In this document: piece by piece, positions 17,023-26,997 of the stretch
Position numbering within the stretch: position 1 is the first letter of the stretch
Layout: every line of letters begins with the position of its first letter
DNA from: Candidatus Aldehydirespiratoraceae bacterium
GTDB taxonomy: Bacteria > Actinomycetota > Acidimicrobiia > Acidimicrobiales > Aldehydirespiratoraceae
Assembly (NCBI GenBank): GCA_965198315.1
Contig: OZ240616.1
Coordinates: 3,465,723-3,529,722, forward strand
Direction: 5' to 3'
Length of the DNA: 64,000 nucleotides
Program-made: the position numbers and the translations under genes
Notes under the pieces: model-generated
Database searches by the model: none
Seen by the model: only the letters and a program-made list of their open reading frames with translations
Told to the model about the DNA's origin: nothing

Positions 17023-18132
17023 TCAGGAGTTGAGCACTACCGGCTGTGGTTCAATTTCAAGTCGTCCATGATTGAGTTCAGGCAATACGTAGCGAGCAAA
17101 CAAATCACATTCGGCAAGGTGGGGGTAACCCGACAGAATGAAGGCGCTCATTCCGGCCTCGGCCAGCTCAAGTATCGTGTCGCGCACCTGATCAGGGTTG
17201 CCCACGATTGCCGCTCCGGCCCCGGAACGGGCCCGACCGACTCCCGTCCACAGATGGCGCGAGGCATATCCCTCCTCGTCGGCACCCTCACGCAGTTCAG
17301 CCTGACGGGCAACACCGGCACTCTTCGAGTCGAGGGATCGAGCCCGGATCTCAGCACCGGTTGCATCATCGAGCTTGGACAAAAGACGCCGTGCCGCGGC
17401 CCGAGCTTCGTCCTCGGACTCCCTAACGATCACATGAGAGCGCCACCCATAAGCCAATGTGCGCCCATATGCGCCAGCACGGGCGTCCATGTCGGCCTTC
17501 ACCTTCTCTACGCCGGAGACAACATCGGGCCACATCAAAAAGACATCCGCGGCACGAGCCGCGCATTCCCGTGCCGCTTCGGACAGTCCCCCGAAGTAAT
17601 ACGGCGGACACCCCGAGCCCTCGCTGGCAATCCGTGGCGGATCCAGGGTCAGATCAAGGAACTCGCCGTGGAAATCGACAGGGCGGCCGTCGAGCAGTTC
17701 GCGGATCACGTGCATGTACTCGGTGCTGCGGCGGTAGCGGGGTTCAGACGCCATGGTCTCGCCGGGGAGGTCGCTGCTGATGATGTTGATCGTCAAACGA
17801 CCGGCCGCGATCTGCTGCAGCGTCGCCGCTTGGCGGACGACCTGAGGGGCGACGAACTCACCCATCCGAATGGCGAGCAGCAGGCGGATCTGTTCAGTGC
17901 GGGTGGCTATCGCCGCGGCGAAAGCGGCGTTGTCGATCCCGAGCGCATAGCCCGAGGGCAACAGGACGTTGTCGTAGCCGTGCCGGTCGGCGGCGGTGAC
18001 AATCGAGGCGCAATGGTCCCATGAACTCTGCAGCGTGGGGTCTGGAACGCCCAAGAACTCGTAATCGTCGTCGCACAACGCCGAGAACCATGCGACCTCG
18101 ATCGGCTCTTGGCCGGCAGTCGTCGAATTCAT
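17023..18132 (-). CDS. Luciferase-like flavin monooxygenase, probable sulfoquinovose monooxygenase (SmoC/SquD-like)
   Basis: EVAWFSALCDDDYEFLGVPD, NIISSDLPGE, SKLDD, LWTGVGRARSGAGAAIVG, FILSGYPHL match recalled SmoC/SquD motifs. Confidence 0.75.
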   Translation of the reverse strand: MNSTTAGQEPIEVAWFSALCDDDYEFLGVPDPTLQSSWDHCASIVTAADRHGYDNVLLPSGYALGIDNAAFAAAIATRTEQIRLLLAIRMGEFVAPQVVRQAATLQQIAAGRLTINIISSDLPGETMASEPRYRRSTEYMHVIRELLDGRPVDFHGEFLDLTLDPPRIASEGSGCPPYYFGGLSEAARECAARAADVFLMWPDVVSGVEKVKADMDARAGAYGRTLAYGWRSHVIVRESEDEARAAARRLLSKLDDATGAEIRARSLDSKSAGVARQAELREGADEEGYASRHLWTGVGRARSGAGAAIVGNPDQVRDTILELAEAGMSAFILSGYPHLAECDLFARYVLPELNHGRLEIEPQPVVLNS

Positions 18133-19046
18133 GGCAACCGAACTCCTTCGGACGCCTCAATGATCCGGTAACACTCGGCGCGGCTCAACGACACCTCTGC
18201 AGCGCCGGCTAGATCGGCCATGCGATCAGTGTTCTGGGTGCCGATCACGACCACCGGCGCGCACGGGTGAGCCAGCACGAAGGCCACCAGAATCACTGCC
18301 CTCGACACGCCGTGGTCCGAAGCCAGTTCATCGACGACCGCGAGCAGTGCGGCCTGTGTCCCTTCAGGTTCAGCAGATTCGGCGCCCGAAGCTGTCAAGC
18401 GACCACCCCCGAGAGGACTCCAGGCCACCGCCATGCGCTGGTCGCGCATGCACTGGTCGAGGGTGCCGTCGCGCAACGGCAACAGATGAGCAGCGGAGAA
18501 CTCGACCTGGTTGGCGGCCACAGGCACTCCCTCGGGCAGATGTGCCATCAGGGCGTCCACCTGGGCGACTGTGTGGTTCGATACGCCGATGGCCGCCAAC
18601 TTGCCCCTCGCGACCAACCCGGCCAGCGTGTCGGCGACATCGGCGGGGTGGGTGAGCATGTCGGGCCGGTGGACGTACCAGAGGTCGATGCGTTCAACCC
18701 CGAGTCGCGTCAACGAAGCGTCGATCGCCGATTCGAGATAAGCGGGGCTGCTGTCGTAGGGCACACCGGGGTCTATGCCGCCCTTGGTGGCCAGCACCAT
18801 CTCGTCCCGCAACCCCGGAGACTGCGCCAGCACCCGGCCAATGATTGTTTCGCTGAGACCGAATGCGCTGCCTCCCCAGTCGAGTCCGTAGACGTCAGCA
18901 GTGTCGATCATGTTCATTCCCAGCGACAACGCCGTCTCCGTACGGCGCCGGGCCTCGGAGACGTCGTCAGTGACCAGACGCCAACAACCCCATGACAGAG
19001 GGCCGACTCGTCGCCCGTCTGGTAACAATCTCGAATCAGTTTTCAT
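18129..19046 (-). CDS. Aldo/keto reductase, probable 6-dehydroglucose reductase (SmoB/SquF-like)
   Basis: DTADVYG, LATKGG, HRPD, GVSN, WSPLGGG; ATGA-coupled to the monooxygenase. Confidence 0.8.
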   Translation of the reverse strand: MKTDSRLLPDGRRVGPLSWGCWRLVTDDVSEARRRTETALSLGMNMIDTADVYGLDWGGSAFGLSETIIGRVLAQSPGLRDEMVLATKGGIDPGVPYDSSPAYLESAIDASLTRLGVERIDLWYVHRPDMLTHPADVADTLAGLVARGKLAAIGVSNHTVAQVDALMAHLPEGVPVAANQVEFSAAHLLPLRDGTLDQCMRDQRMAVAWSPLGGGRLTASGAESAEPEGTQAALLAVVDELASDHGVSRAVILVAFVLAHPCAPVVVIGTQNTDRMADLAGAAEVSLSRAECYRIIEASEGVRLP

Positions 19047-19068
19047 AGACCTTGCCTAGCATGAGCCG

Positions 19069-20211
19069 ATGACCGAAGCGACGAATCGCCCTGAGCTTGG
19101 TAACAACCATGGATCCGACCGTGACCACGATGTCGTGCGTTACGGCGTGATCGGTACGGGAATGATGGGTTGTGAACATATCGCCAACATCGGCGCGCTC
19201 AACGACGCCGTCGTCACCGCCATATGCGACCCCCACGAACCCTCACTGACAAAAGCAAGACAGGCCGCGGCCACCACCGGCAACGGCACCGCAAGTCCAG
19301 TCGAGTTCAGCGATGATCGGGCACTGATCGACAGTGGATTGTGCGACGCGGTTGTAATCGCCACACCCAACCATCGCCATGTCACTCCCCTGCTCGACGC
19401 AATGGCCGCCGGCCTGCATGTGCTGGTCGAGAAACCACTCTGCACCACGCTTGATGACTGTCGAGTTGTAGTCGAGGCCAGCCGCTCGCACGACGCAGTC
19501 GCCTGGGTGGGCCTGGAATATCGCTACATGCCGCCGGTGGCGCGACTTGTGCAGGAGGTTCGGGCAGGCACTGTGGGAGAGTTGAAGATGGTGTCGATCC
19601 GCGAGCATCGCTTTCCGTTCTTCGAGAAGGTCAACGATTGGAACCGTTTCAATGCCAACACCGGCGGCACCCTCGTCGAGAAATGCTGTCACTACTTCGA
19701 CTTGATGAACTTGCTGGTCGGGCAGCGGCCGACACGGGTCTTCGCATCGGGGGGTCAGGACGTGAACCACCTCGACGAGTACTACGACGGCAAGCGCTGC
19801 GACATCCTCGACAACGCCTTCGTCGTCGTCGACTACGCCAACGGTGTGCGCGGCATGGTCGATCTCTGCATGTTCGCCGACGCCACCAAGAACCAGGAGG
19901 AAGTCGTGGCTGTCGGCGATGCCGGCAAGGTTGAATCAATGCTCCCGGGCTCGACCATACGCGTGGGTCGCCGTGGCGAACATTGGGTGGGAGGTGTCGA
20001 AGAAGAGACCGTTGTGGACTCCAGGATCAAATACACCGGCGGCCACCACGGCGCGTCTTATATCGAACATCTCGGTTTCTTGGAGGCGATCCGGTCAGGA
20101 GGAGATCCCGCAGTGAGCCTCCAAGACGGCATGTGGGCCGTGGCTGTCGGAGTCGCTGCCCACAGATCAATCGAACAAGGCTGTGCCGTCGAGGTCAGCG
20201 TCGACGCCTGA
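19069..20211 (+). CDS. Gfo/Idh/MocA-fold protein, probable NAD+-dependent sulfoquinovosidase (GH188/SqgA-like)
   Basis: GTGMMG, EKP, LEYRY, REHRFPF..KVNDWNRFN..TGGTLVEKCCHYFDLM, HHGAS motifs. Confidence 0.72.
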   Translation: MTEATNRPELGNNHGSDRDHDVVRYGVIGTGMMGCEHIANIGALNDAVVTAICDPHEPSLTKARQAAATTGNGTASPVEFSDDRALIDSGLCDAVVIATPNHRHVTPLLDAMAAGLHVLVEKPLCTTLDDCRVVVEASRSHDAVAWVGLEYRYMPPVARLVQEVRAGTVGELKMVSIREHRFPFFEKVNDWNRFNANTGGTLVEKCCHYFDLMNLLVGQRPTRVFASGGQDVNHLDEYYDGKRCDILDNAFVVVDYANGVRGMVDLCMFADATKNQEEVVAVGDAGKVESMLPGSTIRVGRRGEHWVGGVEEETVVDSRIKYTGGHHGASYIEHLGFLEAIRSGGDPAVSLQDGMWAVAVGVAAHRSIEQGCAVEVSVDA

Positions 20212-20265
20212 AATACCCGATGAGCCTGTAGTGCTCATGCGCGCGTGATCGCGTACCCTGCGGGG

Positions 20266-20697
20266 ATGGACATACAAGAAATTTCGGACCACCTCGAAAT
20301 CCAGACGCTGGTTACACGCTACGGCAAGGCCGTCGACCGGAAAGACTGGGATCTGTACCGCTCGGTATTCACCGCCGATGCTTTCATCGATTACACGTCG
20401 GCTGGTGGGATCGCCAGTGGGGTGGAGGAAATGGTCACCTGGCTCGATGCGGCTCTCGCCCAGTTTCCAGCGACACAGCATCTCGTCGCCAACTTCGACA
20501 TCAACATCGACGGTGACAACGCGACGGCCGAAGTCATGTTCCACAATCCGATGGTCATGCCCGATAAATCAGCCTGGCAGACCGGCGGTTGGTACCACCA
20601 CGAACTCGTCCGCACGCCCGATGGGTGGCGCAGCCACAAACTCATAGAAGAATCGGCCTACTTCTCCGGTATGCCTGCCAACCTCACTACACCTTAG
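20266..20697 (+). CDS. SnoaL/NTF2-like family protein
   Basis: ISDHLEIQTLVTRYGKAVDRKDWD, TQHLVAN, GGWYHHELVRTPDGWR; leaderless TACCCT. Confidence 0.85.
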   Translation: MDIQEISDHLEIQTLVTRYGKAVDRKDWDLYRSVFTADAFIDYTSAGGIASGVEEMVTWLDAALAQFPATQHLVANFDINIDGDNATAEVMFHNPMVMPDKSAWQTGGWYHHELVRTPDGWRSHKLIEESAYFSGMPANLTTP

Positions 20698-20726
20698 GAA
20701 ACCGAGCCCTAGTGAACGGAGCCCCA

Positions 20727-21917
20727 ATGAGCGGACCACTCGACGGCATAAGAATCGTGGAATTGTCGGTGGCTTTGACCGGGCCGTTGGCTGTGGGAAT
20801 GCTGGTCGATCAAGGCGCTGAGGCGATCAAGATCGAACTGCCGGGTTTCGGTGATCAGGGCCGTTACGTGGGTGTCATGAAAGCGGGCATCTCGGCCATG
20901 TTCCAGGTCTGCAACCGAGGCAAGCGTGCGATAGCGGTTGACACCCACGACGAACGCGGACGCGACATCGTGCTCGACCTCGTGGCCGACGCCGACCTGT
21001 TCGTGCAGAACATGCGCCCCGGTGCCCTCGATCGGATGGGGCTCGGTGCCGACGCCCTGCACGCCCGCAACCCTGATCTGGTCATCGCCGCGCTGTCGGG
21101 ATTCGGCCAGACCGGGCCCTACGCCCATCGCCGCGTCTACGACTCGGTGGTGCAGGCTCAAGCGGGGCTGGCCGCCTCGCAGATGGGGTTGTACGACGAC
21201 GAGCCGGCCTTCCTTCGACAGGTCGCCGCCGACAAGATCACCGCCTACACCGCCTGTCAGGCCATCACCGCGGCGCTGTTGGCCCGTGAACGCGGCGCCG
21301 GTGGTCAAGTAGTCGAGTGTTCAATGCTCGACTCCGTCATCAGTTTCCTCTTCGCCGATGCCGCAGGCCACGAGATACTGCTCGACAACGACATGCCGCA
21401 TGTGTCGCAGTCCTTCTCGGCACAGCAGAAGGCGATGCGACTACTCGACGGGTTCATCGTGGTCACGCCGGTGACCGACGCCGAGTTCCACGGCATCGCC
21501 GCCTCATTCGACGTCGACTCATCAAATCCGCTGCTGGCCACGATGGCTGACCGGGTACAGAACAAAGAGGAGATGAGCGCCTTGATGCGCGAGGTGTACG
21601 CCTCAGCTGCGACGAGAACGCTGGCGGAAGCGACCGCAGCGATGGAGTCCAACGACGTGCCCTTCGGTGTGGTGCTCGGCGTGGACGAGGTCGCCGACGA
21701 CCCCCAGGTCGTGCACAACGAGACCTTCGTGACCCACCAGAGCCCACTGTTGGGGAAAGTTCAACAGCCGCGTCCCCCGGCGCGTTTCAACGGGACCCCA
21801 GCAGAGATCCGTTCGCCCGAAGCACCTGTGCTCGGTGCCCACACAGACGAGGTCCTGACCGAGTACGGCTGGAGCGACCGCCTCGACGAACTCCGTGAGG
21901 CCGGTGTGATCCAATGA
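20727..21917 (+). CDS. CaiB/BaiF family CoA-transferase
   Basis: GPLDGIRIVEL, NRGKRAIAVD, NMRPG, GFGQTGPY..RRVYD, APVLGAHTDEVL. Confidence 0.92.
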   Translation: MSGPLDGIRIVELSVALTGPLAVGMLVDQGAEAIKIELPGFGDQGRYVGVMKAGISAMFQVCNRGKRAIAVDTHDERGRDIVLDLVADADLFVQNMRPGALDRMGLGADALHARNPDLVIAALSGFGQTGPYAHRRVYDSVVQAQAGLAASQMGLYDDEPAFLRQVAADKITAYTACQAITAALLARERGAGGQVVECSMLDSVISFLFADAAGHEILLDNDMPHVSQSFSAQQKAMRLLDGFIVVTPVTDAEFHGIAASFDVDSSNPLLATMADRVQNKEEMSALMREVYASAATRTLAEATAAMESNDVPFGVVLGVDEVADDPQVVHNETFVTHQSPLLGKVQQPRPPARFNGTPAEIRSPEAPVLGAHTDEVLTEYGWSDRLDELREAGVIQ

Positions 21918-21997
21918 GCACTGTCTGATGAGCACAGCCCGATGAGCACAGCCCGATGAGCACTGTTTGATGAGCACTGTCTGATGAGCACCGTCCG
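21914..21997 (+). repeat. 14-bp tandem repeat, 6 copies, each starting ATGAGCAC
   Basis: atgagcactgtctg / atgagcacagcccg x2 / atgagcactgtttg / atgagcactgtctg / atgagcaccgtccg, followed by the NUDIX ATG at 21998. Confidence 0.95.
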
Positions 21998-22792
21998 ATG
22001 AGCGCCGACGATCGAGTTGCTGCGGACCGCGCCCGCTTTCGTGAATGGGCCCGTTTCGCCCACGAGCACGGCGACTCCCCGGCCATCGCCGCGGCCACGG
22101 TCGTGCTGCTGCGCAACAGCGACGACGGCCTTGAGACTCTGATGTTGCGCAAGAACTCGAGGATCGCTTTCGGGGGCATGTGGGTCTTTCCGGGCGGTCG
22201 GATAGACGACAGCGACCGCGTCGGGGCCAATAATGCTGCCCTGGACGATCTGGCCACTGCCCGCAATGCTGCAGCCCGCGAGGCCCACGAGGAGGCAGAG
22301 ATCGAAGTCGATCCCGATTCCATGGTGATCTTCGCTCACTGGATTCCGCCGGCTGTCGCTCCGAAACGTTATGCCACCTGGTTCTTCGCAGCCCATGTCA
22401 ACGACCGGAGCGAGAATGAGAGCGACGTGAAGATTGATGAGGGCGAGATCGTCGAGGGCGAATGGATGACTCCAAAAACCTGCCTGCAACGGCATCACGA
22501 AGGCGAGATCGAGCTCGCACCACCGACTTGGGTGACCCTCGCCACGCTTCGCGATCACCACAGCGCGCAATCGGCCCTGGCCTACCTGAAAGCTCGCCCA
22601 CCCCGGCACCACGCAACCCGCATCGGCGACTCCGAGCATGGGCCCATCGCCATGTGGGCAGGCGACGCCGGCTACGAGGCCCACGATGTGACCATGCAGG
22701 GCCCCCGGCATCGACTGGAGATGTTCCCCGACGGCTACCGCTACCTCGACACGCTTGCACAGGAAACACCAGAACAAGATGCGAGACTCTGA
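21998..22792 (+). CDS. NUDIX hydrolase (NUDT19-like)
   Basis: AATVVLLR, FGGMWVFPGGRID, AAAREAHEEA, HWIPP..PKRYATWFF. Confidence 0.88.
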   Translation: MSADDRVAADRARFREWARFAHEHGDSPAIAAATVVLLRNSDDGLETLMLRKNSRIAFGGMWVFPGGRIDDSDRVGANNAALDDLATARNAAAREAHEEAEIEVDPDSMVIFAHWIPPAVAPKRYATWFFAAHVNDRSENESDVKIDEGEIVEGEWMTPKTCLQRHHEGEIELAPPTWVTLATLRDHHSAQSALAYLKARPPRHHATRIGDSEHGPIAMWAGDAGYEAHDVTMQGPRHRLEMFPDGYRYLDTLAQETPEQDARL

Positions 22793-25106
22793 GACCGTGA
22801 TCAGTGGACTCACCACTGCCCAAGTCGAGGAACGGGTCGCCAAGGGACTCATCAACGACGTGCCGGATGCCCCTGTCCGGTCTTTTGGTGAGATCGTCAA
22901 GGCCAACGTCCTGACACCGGTCAACGGCATCATCGCCACCCTGCTGGCACTTATTCTGATCGCCGGGTTCCCCGCTGACGCGTTGTTCGCCGGTGTGGTG
23001 GTGAGCAACAGCGTGATCGGCATCGCCCAGGAACTGCAGGCCCGCCGCACCCTCAACGCTCTGGCTGTCCTGTCCGCCCCCAAGGCCCGGGTCCGCCGTG
23101 ATTCAGAGAGCTCCGAGATTGCGATCAGCGGTGTGGTGGCTGACGACGTGCTGGAACTCGCACCCGGCGATCAGGTTGTCGTCGACGGTGAGGTGATCTC
23201 CGCTCTGGGCCTGGAAATCGACGAGTCGCTGCTCACCGGGGAGGCGGACCCGGTCGAGAAGACCACCGGAAGCGAGGTGTTGTCGGGTTCGTTCGTCTCT
23301 GCGGGTTCGGGAATCTACCGGGCCACTCGTGTGGGTGCGGACTCCTACGCTGCCAAGTTGTCAGAGGACGCCCGCCGTTTCGAGCTGGCGCACAGTGAAC
23401 TGCGGCGGGGAGTCAATGTCATTCTGCGATGGCTGTCGTTCATCATCCCGCCGACGGCCCTGCTGTTGCTGGCGCGTCAGTTGGATGCCCTCGATGCTTG
23501 GCAGGACGCCCTGCAGGGAACCGTCGCCGCGGCGGTAGCCATGGTTCCCGACGGTCTGGTGCTGCTCACCTCGTTGAGTTTCGTCACCGGTGTGATCGCT
23601 CTGGCGCGTCGCCGTGCGCTTGCCAAAGAACTCGCTTCGGTTGAGCTGCTGGCCCGTGTCGACACCCTGTGTCTCGACAAGACCGGCACGATCACGACCG
23701 GAGAGATCTCCTTAGGTTCGGTCGAGCCGCTCGGTTCGTTCAGCGCGCAGCATGTGTCCGAGGCCCTCGGGGCACTTGCAGCAGCCGATCCCGCACCCAA
23801 CGCCACCCTCGCCGCAATCGCCGCGAACCACGCAGAGCCGCAGGACTGGACGCTGACGGAGAGCCTGCCGTTCTCGTCGGCCCGCAAGTGGGCTGCGGCG
23901 TCGTTCGCAGACCGCGGCTGCTATTTCCTCGGCGCGCCCGACATCGTGTTCAACGAGAGCGACACCGCTGGTCGAGACCGGGCCGCCGAGATCGCCGCGA
24001 GCGGAACCAGGGTGCTCCTGGTAGCGCGTTCAGAGGAGCCTTGGAACGATGAGACCCTGCCGTCGACAGTCGAAGGCGTGGCATTGGTGCATCTTGAAGA
24101 CACCGTGCGCAGCGACGCCCCGGAGATACTTGCGTTCTTTCGTGATCAGGGGGTTGCGCTCAAGGTCATCTCCGGCGACAACCCTGCGACCGTTGCTGCG
24201 GTCGCCCGCCGCGCCGGGATCAGCGGAGCCGACTCCTTCATCGACGCTCGCTCGTTGCCGAGCGAACCCGGCGACCTCGCCGACACCCTCGAGGCCAACA
24301 CCGTGTTCGGCCGGGTCACGCCGTATCAGAAGCGGGCGATGGTCCACGCGCTGCAGCAGAGAGGACGGACTGTGGCGATGACCGGCGACGGTGTCAACGA
24401 CGTGCTGGCGCTCAAGGATGCCGACATGGGCATCGCCATGGGTTCAGGGTCGTCGTCGACCCGCGCCGTCGCGCAGCTGGTCCTGCTCGACAACAAGTTC
24501 TCGACACTTCCGAGGGTTCTGGCCGAGGGCCGCCGAGTCATCAACAACATCGAGCGGGTCGCCAACCTGTTCATCACCAAAGCCGCCTACGCGGTGCTGC
24601 TCACCGCCCTGGCGAGCATTGGTGGCTCGCCCTTCCCGTTCCTTCCCCGCCAACTCACCCTGATCGGCACCTTCTCGATCGGCGTCCCGGGGTTCTTCCT
24701 GGCGCTGGCTCACAATGATGCCCTGGTCCGCCCCGGTTTTCTGAGACGGGTGCTGCGCTTCTCGCTGCCCGCCGGGTTCATTACCGGTGCGGTGACCTAT
24801 GTGTTGTACGAGGTCGTGAGACACATGGACGAGGTGTCGCTGGCCGAGGCCCGAACGGCCTCCACCGCTACTCTGCTGGCGATCGTGCTGGTGATCCTGG
24901 TGCTCGTCAGCCTGCCCCTGAAGCCGGCCAAGATCGCCCTGCCGATAGCGATGACCGGGGTCTACCTGCTGACGTTGTTCTGGTCGTTCTCACGCGACTA
25001 CTTCAAGTTGGACCTGCCTCCGAACCCGGCCTGGGTGGCGGTGGTCATCGCCTCGGTGATCGGCGCTGTGGCTGTGACCATCACCACCCACCTCCTCGAC
25101 GAATGA
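22779..25106 (+). CDS. Cation-transporting P-type ATPase (CtpE-like)
   Basis: DESLLTGEA, VPDGL, DKTGTIT, ISGDN, MTGDGVND. Confidence 0.92.
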   Translation: MRDSETVISGLTTAQVEERVAKGLINDVPDAPVRSFGEIVKANVLTPVNGIIATLLALILIAGFPADALFAGVVVSNSVIGIAQELQARRTLNALAVLSAPKARVRRDSESSEIAISGVVADDVLELAPGDQVVVDGEVISALGLEIDESLLTGEADPVEKTTGSEVLSGSFVSAGSGIYRATRVGADSYAAKLSEDARRFELAHSELRRGVNVILRWLSFIIPPTALLLLARQLDALDAWQDALQGTVAAAVAMVPDGLVLLTSLSFVTGVIALARRRALAKELASVELLARVDTLCLDKTGTITTGEISLGSVEPLGSFSAQHVSEALGALAAADPAPNATLAAIAANHAEPQDWTLTESLPFSSARKWAAASFADRGCYFLGAPDIVFNESDTAGRDRAAEIAASGTRVLLVARSEEPWNDETLPSTVEGVALVHLEDTVRSDAPEILAFFRDQGVALKVISGDNPATVAAVARRAGISGADSFIDARSLPSEPGDLADTLEANTVFGRVTPYQKRAMVHALQQRGRTVAMTGDGVNDVLALKDADMGIAMGSGSSSTRAVAQLVLLDNKFSTLPRVLAEGRRVINNIERVANLFITKAAYAVLLTALASIGGSPFPFLPRQLTLIGTFSIGVPGFFLALAHNDALVRPGFLRRVLRFSLPAGFITGAVTYVLYEVVRHMDEVSLAEARTASTATLLAIVLVILVLVSLPLKPAKIALPIAMTGVYLLTLFWSFSRDYFKLDLPPNPAWVAVVIASVIGAVAVTITTHLLDE

Positions 25107-25294
25107 CGTTCAGCGACACGGCTGCCTGAACGGTCGGAGTGCGAGTTGACGGACTGCGTTCATCAGCGTCCGGCACCGGAATTCTGACGCTCCGATGAGA
25201 TGACGTTCGCACACACATGGTCGTGAAGCGGACGTGTCGCCTCGCTACGGCACTGGATTCTGTAGCCGAACCGCTCGGCCTCTAGAGTCGGCGC

Positions 25295-26140
25295 ATGGCA
25301 GAAACCAAGCGGCTCGCCGGGAGGCGGGCGATCATTACCGGGGCTAGTCGAGGGATCGGGGCCGGTGCGGCGGAACGCATCGCTGCGGAAGGCGCCTCGG
25401 TGGCGCTGGTGGCGCGCACGCTCGACGAGCATCCGGATCTTCCGGGTTCGCTCGAAGAAACCGCCGACAAATGCCGACAGCTCGGCGCCGAAGCGGCGTT
25501 GATCGTCGCCGATCTCACCGACGACTCCGACCGCGCCAGAGTCGTGCCGGAGGCGACCGCGGCCCTCGGCGGACCCATCGACATCCTGGTCAACAACGCA
25601 GCCGGGGCGATCTACCAGCCGATGGAGGACTACCCGTTGAAGCGTCGGCGACTCATGGTCGAACTCAACGTCCACTGCCCTGTCGATCTCTCCCAAGCGG
25701 TGATCCCCTCGATGACACAACGCGGCGAGGGATGGATCATCAACCTCTCGAGCGCAACGGCGAACCATCCTCAGGGTCCGCCCTACGACCTCAGCGGAGT
25801 TAAGGGGGTCTACGGCTACTACGGGGCGTCCAAAGCAATGCTCAACCGGGTCACAACCGCAATGGCCTCAGAACTGCACGGCACCGGGATTCGCCTCAAC
25901 ACCGTGGAACCCGCCGCCGCGGTCATGTCCGAGGGCGCCGACAAGATAGTCGGGCACCTGCTGTCTGAAGACCAGATCGAGTCGATGGAAGCGATGTGCG
26001 AGGCAATCCTCTGGTTGTGTGACTGCAGTGCAGACCACACCGGGGAGATCGAGTCGAGCCTTGACCTTCTCGAACGGGAACAGCTCACCGTCATGAGCCT
26101 CGACGGCACCCGGCCCCACCCAGGAGGTTACCGCCGGTGA
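25295..26140 (+). CDS. Short-chain dehydrogenase/reductase
   Basis: TGASRGIG, NNAA, YGASK; leaderless TAGAGT. Confidence 0.9.
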   Translation: MAETKRLAGRRAIITGASRGIGAGAAERIAAEGASVALVARTLDEHPDLPGSLEETADKCRQLGAEAALIVADLTDDSDRARVVPEATAALGGPIDILVNNAAGAIYQPMEDYPLKRRRLMVELNVHCPVDLSQAVIPSMTQRGEGWIINLSSATANHPQGPPYDLSGVKGVYGYYGASKAMLNRVTTAMASELHGTGIRLNTVEPAAAVMSEGADKIVGHLLSEDQIESMEAMCEAILWLCDCSADHTGEIESSLDLLEREQLTVMSLDGTRPHPGGYRR

Positions 26141-26997
26141 GTATCGCCGAACTGGCCGAGTCCGCCGAACTCGTCGACCTTTCGGCAACACTCCGCGACC
26201 GCGTAGCGGTGCTGACGCTGAACCGGCCTGAGAGCCTCAATGCGTTCTCTTCGGCCATGGGCCGCTCACTCACCGCGGCCCTGCGCGCCTGCGATGCCGA
26301 CGACGAGGTGCGCTCGGTCGTGATCACCGGCGCGGGAAGGGCGTTCTGCGCCGGTGCCGACTTCTCAGGCGGGGCCGGAGTGTTCGGCACGCCCGACGAC
26401 ACCGATGCCACGGGGCACAAGAAACCGCCCTTCTCCTCAGACCCGCTCGACGACTTCCATCCATGGGACGTTCGCAAACCTGTGATCGCCGCAATCAACG
26501 GCCACGCCGTCGGGATCGGCCTGACCATGACGCTGCAATGCGATATCCGGATAGTCGCCGACGAGGCGAAACTCGGCATCGTGCAAGTCCGACGGGGAAT
26601 AATGCCCGACCTCCACTCGCACTGGACACTCCCCCGTCTAGTCGGCTACGCCAAAGCCACAGAGTTGATGCTCACAGGCCGAATGTTCAGCGGTACCGAA
26701 GCCGCTCAATGGGGTCTGGCGTCGGAGAGCGTGCCGGCGCCCGAGGTGCTCGAACGGGCCACCGAACTTGCCCGCGATCTGGCAATCAACACCGCGCCCC
26801 TGTCGGTCGGGGTGTCGAAACGACTTCTGTGGATGTCTGCGCCGACACCTACCGAGATCAACACCTTGGAGCGCGAACTGCACCTGCATCTGATGGGTAC
26901 CGCTGATTCCAAAGAAGGCGTGATGTCGTTCATGGAAGAACGCGAACCCGACTGGACCTTGAGAATCTCCCAAGACTGGCCGGAGTGGCTCCGATGA
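26137..26997 (+). CDS. Enoyl-CoA hydratase/isomerase family protein
   Basis: LNRPESLNA, AFCAGAD, AINGHAVGIG, GIMPD. Confidence 0.92.
   Translation: MSIAELAESAELVDLSATLRDRVAVLTLNRPESLNAFSSAMGRSLTAALRACDADDEVRSVVITGAGRAFCAGADFSGGAGVFGTPDDTDATGHKKPPFSSDPLDDFHPWDVRKPVIAAINGHAVGIGLTMTLQCDIRIVADEAKLGIVQVRRGIMPDLHSHWTLPRLVGYAKATELMLTGRMFSGTEAAQWGLASESVPAPEVLERATELARDLAINTAPLSVGVSKRLLWMSAPTPTEINTLERELHLHLMGTADSKEGVMSFMEEREPDWTLRISQDWPEWLR

Noticed and set aside
21914-21997. CRISPR array
   Set aside because: Contiguous 14-bp units with no unique spacers, and no cas genes in the window.
25103-25262. Degenerate duplication or small RNA after the P-type ATPase
   Set aside because: Two short repeated words (9 and about 15 bp) with inconsistent spacing; not enough to support a feature.
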